Below are positions 61,105-64,000 of a stretch of 64,000 nucleotides of DNA, piece after piece. The notes beneath the pieces are model-generated. The model was not told the origin of the DNA. It saw only the letters and a program-made list of their open reading frames with translations, and searched no databases. How positions within the stretch are numbered: position 1 is the stretch's first letter; each line of letters opens with the position of its first letter. Position numbers and translations under genes: made by a program. Source of the DNA: Scyliorhinus canicula (lineage: Eukaryota); the NCBI RefSeq assembly GCF_902713615.1, contig NC_052172.1, forward strand, positions 12,876,185 to 12,940,184, in the 5' to 3' direction.

Positions 61105-61932
61105 ATGTTTGGGAAAGGTGTGAAGCGGAAACGCCATGCTGATGGGGGTCTGGATTCCTGTCAGAACCTCGCCGACTGTCCCCAGTCCTATAGCCTCAAG
61201 CGGCAGCTGGTGCTCAACACCTCACTGAATAAGATGCAGAATGGGCGGGCATTGCCGGATCTGAGCCTTCGTCGCACCGTGCTGATTGCCAATACCCTGC
61301 GGCAGATCCAGGAGGAGATTCGGCTGGAGAGCAACCAGCTCGCATCAGCCTTAGCCTTGGATGCCGGATGCGGGGAATTGGGCAGCCAGCGGGAGCCCCC
61401 ACCCTCGCGGCTGACCACCGAGAGCCACCCGGCTGGATTTGCCGATGGCCTCGAGGACTACATGTCCACTGCCTCCGATGAGGACTTCTCCCTCTCCTCT
61501 GCCATTAACTCCATCCTCCGGGACCTTGACATCGTTATGGACGGGAGCCCTCCACAATCACCCCCCCAGGAACATCTGGACCTGGGAGAGGCGATGGACA
61601 CCACGGCAGACGGCGAAGAGGAAATCCACCCCCTCGAGCCTCCTCGATCTTCCGAGTCCGTGTTTGGTAGCTTTGAGATCACGAGCTCCAGTTACCTGGT
61701 GGGTGTGACCTTGGATGACCTCTTCCTTGACATTGACACCTCCGTGTGCGACTGCGATACAGCTGTGGTGGGGCCGGCTCCCAGCGGCCGGGTCGCACCC
61801 CCTGCTGTGGCCGATGACCTGGCCAAGACCTTCTCCTCGTGCAACTCCTCTTCTTCGCTGGGAGCCAATCCAAGCTTAAGGACTGACCTGAATGACCTGG
61901 ATCACATCATGGAGATCCTGGTCAGCTCCTGA
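61105..61932 (+). CDS. SERTA-domain-containing protein (SERTAD2/CDCA4-like, TRIP-Br family), 275 aa, single coding exon
   Basis: N-terminal MFGKGVKRK, SERTA motif LSLRRTVLIANTLRQIQEEI, acidic LDDLFLDIDTS and C-terminal DLNDLDHIMEILV. Splice acceptor tctcctttatctcgacag (AG 61097-61098) 6 nt before the ATG, as is usual in this family. The exact paralog cannot be assigned by eye. Confidence 0.93.
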   Translation: MFGKGVKRKRHADGGLDSCQNLADCPQSYSLKRQLVLNTSLNKMQNGRALPDLSLRRTVLIANTLRQIQEEIRLESNQLASALALDAGCGELGSQREPPPSRLTTESHPAGFADGLEDYMSTASDEDFSLSSAINSILRDLDIVMDGSPPQSPPQEHLDLGEAMDTTADGEEEIHPLEPPRSSESVFGSFEITSSSYLVGVTLDDLFLDIDTSVCDCDTAVVGPAPSGRVAPPAVADDLAKTFSSCNSSSSLGANPSLRTDLNDLDHIMEILVSS

Positions 61933-64000
61933 GGAACTACCTCACTGTGACAGGCTACTGACTGACCTCCACAAGCCAAAGACACCCTCCCCCCTCACTA
62001 TCAGAGGGATGCAATGGGGGCACAGCCCCGTTGCTCATTTTCTACTCAGGGCTCCAAATCAACATGGGGCAATATTTCAGATCGTGTGTACAATTTGGGG
62101 ATTTAGGGGCTGTAAATAGGTGTAATTTTTATCAATTGGTTTGGGCCCTACCAACATCATTGAATGAATATGCCCCTGGGCAGCTTCATAGGGCCCCATG
62201 AGCGACAGATCAAAATTACTCCATATTGTATCCCCGAAGTAAGGTTGAACATTATTTTCATTAATCGTTGCGCTGCAAGTGTGTGTGTGTGTGTGTTTTC
62301 CGAGACTTTTGCTTTTATTTGTCCACGATTTCAAGTTTTTTCTTTTTTTTTTTGAAAATCAAGATTATACAAGGGAAGAGTTGTCCTTTTTGTTTTAGAA
62401 TGTGAAGCGACGAAACGTGATGCTGGATGCGGGGAAACTGGAATAAAGCTGCCTCTGGAGTGAAACCACGGCCTCAGTTGCAATTCGCCTCGCCTGTTCC
62501 AGAGGAGGTGGCTCAGGAAGGCCCGACCCTTACCAGAAGTAGATGTGGTTGCAAACAAAATGCTTTATATTAATGTCTGCAGGTGAATGTGAAACCGGTA
62601 GTGTTTAAACTCTGCAGCTTTTGAGATGAGTAACATGGGGGTGGGGGGGGGGGGGGCAGGCTCCAGCTGTCATGCTAGGTAATGTTGCAAGACTTGCCAC
62701 ATTTCTTGTCCAGCTTTTGAGGCCAGTTTCCTGATTAACCTCTTTCCCCACTCGTGCACTGTGGACTTTATATCTGCTTAAGAGACAAAGCAAGCTGATT
62801 GCATTGAATCCCTGCCCCGCCATCATCCTGCTGCTGTGGTGCGAAGCAGTCCTATGCCTTAATGCTCTTCCATGCAGTTGGAATCTGGTCTGGCTGCCAA
62901 TCAATCAATCAATCCTCTTTCTCCCCCCCCCCCCCCCCCCCCCCCCAACGAAAGGGGGGTTCCTTTCCAAATGGAGTCAGCTGCCTATATTGCCTTTTCT
63001 GAACTCAAATTTGCTGACCACCACTGGCGGGGAGGATAATGGCTGACGGTGGTCTGCTCGAAGACGCGTGGTATTTGACAAACTTACAAGCCTTTTATCT
63101 AGCTAACTGGCCAGTTCCAATTGGTACAGTGTAGTGGTGCTGAAATGACTACACTGATCCTTCGTCGCTATTGGTGTTTTTCTTTGCCCCGGTATGTTGA
63201 TATTCTTCTAACCTGCAGAACATCAGGTGTCAGGTCTGAATTTCATAAGGTTTTGACACTTGCTTTTCACTGCAGGGGGTGCTGTACCATTCAGTATTGT
63301 TATTTAAGTAGATATGAAGAACATGGGTACCGCTGTGTAAGGTTGAGATTCCTTTTCAGTTTTATAAGTGAAGATAGGTTAAATAGCCATATTAACTGAT
63401 CGGTGTTAATACCGCACTATAGGCACAGTTAAATATTTTTAATCTTTGTTTCATGACGGCACATTGCATGGAGCAGAGTTTTACAATGATCTTTAATTTT
63501 TGTACTGTATATAAGACACTTAATTTGTGGTGTTTATTCTGAGGAGGGGGGACGTGTTGGCTGCGTAGGGTTCAAACGAAATAATTTACTGAGGAGAGGC
63601 TCGTGTTTTTGAGCCAGTCCTAGAATTATCTGATTCACGAGGCACAGTTTTTAAAAATGATACTGCTGTTCACCTAATACTCCCACACGTGGTGGAAGCC
63701 GTGGTGGCTTCCTACCCTAAAGGACTTGGTTTGAAATAAAATGTGGGTGGGGGGGTGTCCAGTGAGGGTCATTTTCCATCTTCTATAAAATAAGTTTTAC
63801 GTGGCCGCAATCATGAAGCAACGCGAGTGCATTAACGCTAGGTGTGAGGAAAGGTGCCTCTAGCATCACTGGTGACCAACAGTGAGGGTGTGGCCACAAC
63901 CACGTGGGTTGCTGAACTGAAGGAGAGATTCTAGTTCGTGGCTTTACCATGTTGGAAGGGTTCACTGAATCGTTCTTCCAGCTGCGCTGTCCCGTTTACC

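Overview
Vertebrate genomic DNA, most likely a shark or other elasmobranch (inferred from dense HE1/V-SINE-type SINEs with CR1/HER1-like tails, CR1 and L1 LINE remnants, and long C/G homopolymers). Most of the window is degraded, often nested transposon sequence: CR1, L1, L2, Gypsy LTR, a hAT/Charlie remnant, GC-rich TIR elements and about 30 SINE copies or fragments. Five real-looking genes stand out. Four are single-coding-exon, GC-rich thioredoxin (TXN)-like genes, all on the minus strand, at about 13.9-14.4, 24.7-25.1, 42.6-43.0 and 54.4-54.8 kb. Each has a different non-canonical active site (WCETC, WCNNC, WCSNC, WCEFC instead of WCGPC), all have lost the conserved Asp26, and each sits behind a CpG-rich promoter with CRE or CRE-like and CCAAT elements. 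The fifth is a SERTA-domain gene (SERTAD2/CDCA4-like, 61105-61932, +) whose probable CpG-island promoter is head-to-head with the last thioredoxin copy. The main candidate for an undescribed system is this tandem cluster of probably retro-derived, active-site-diversified thioredoxins. A male-germ-cell (CREM-type) role is a hypothesis only. Repeat boundaries were read by eye and are approximate.
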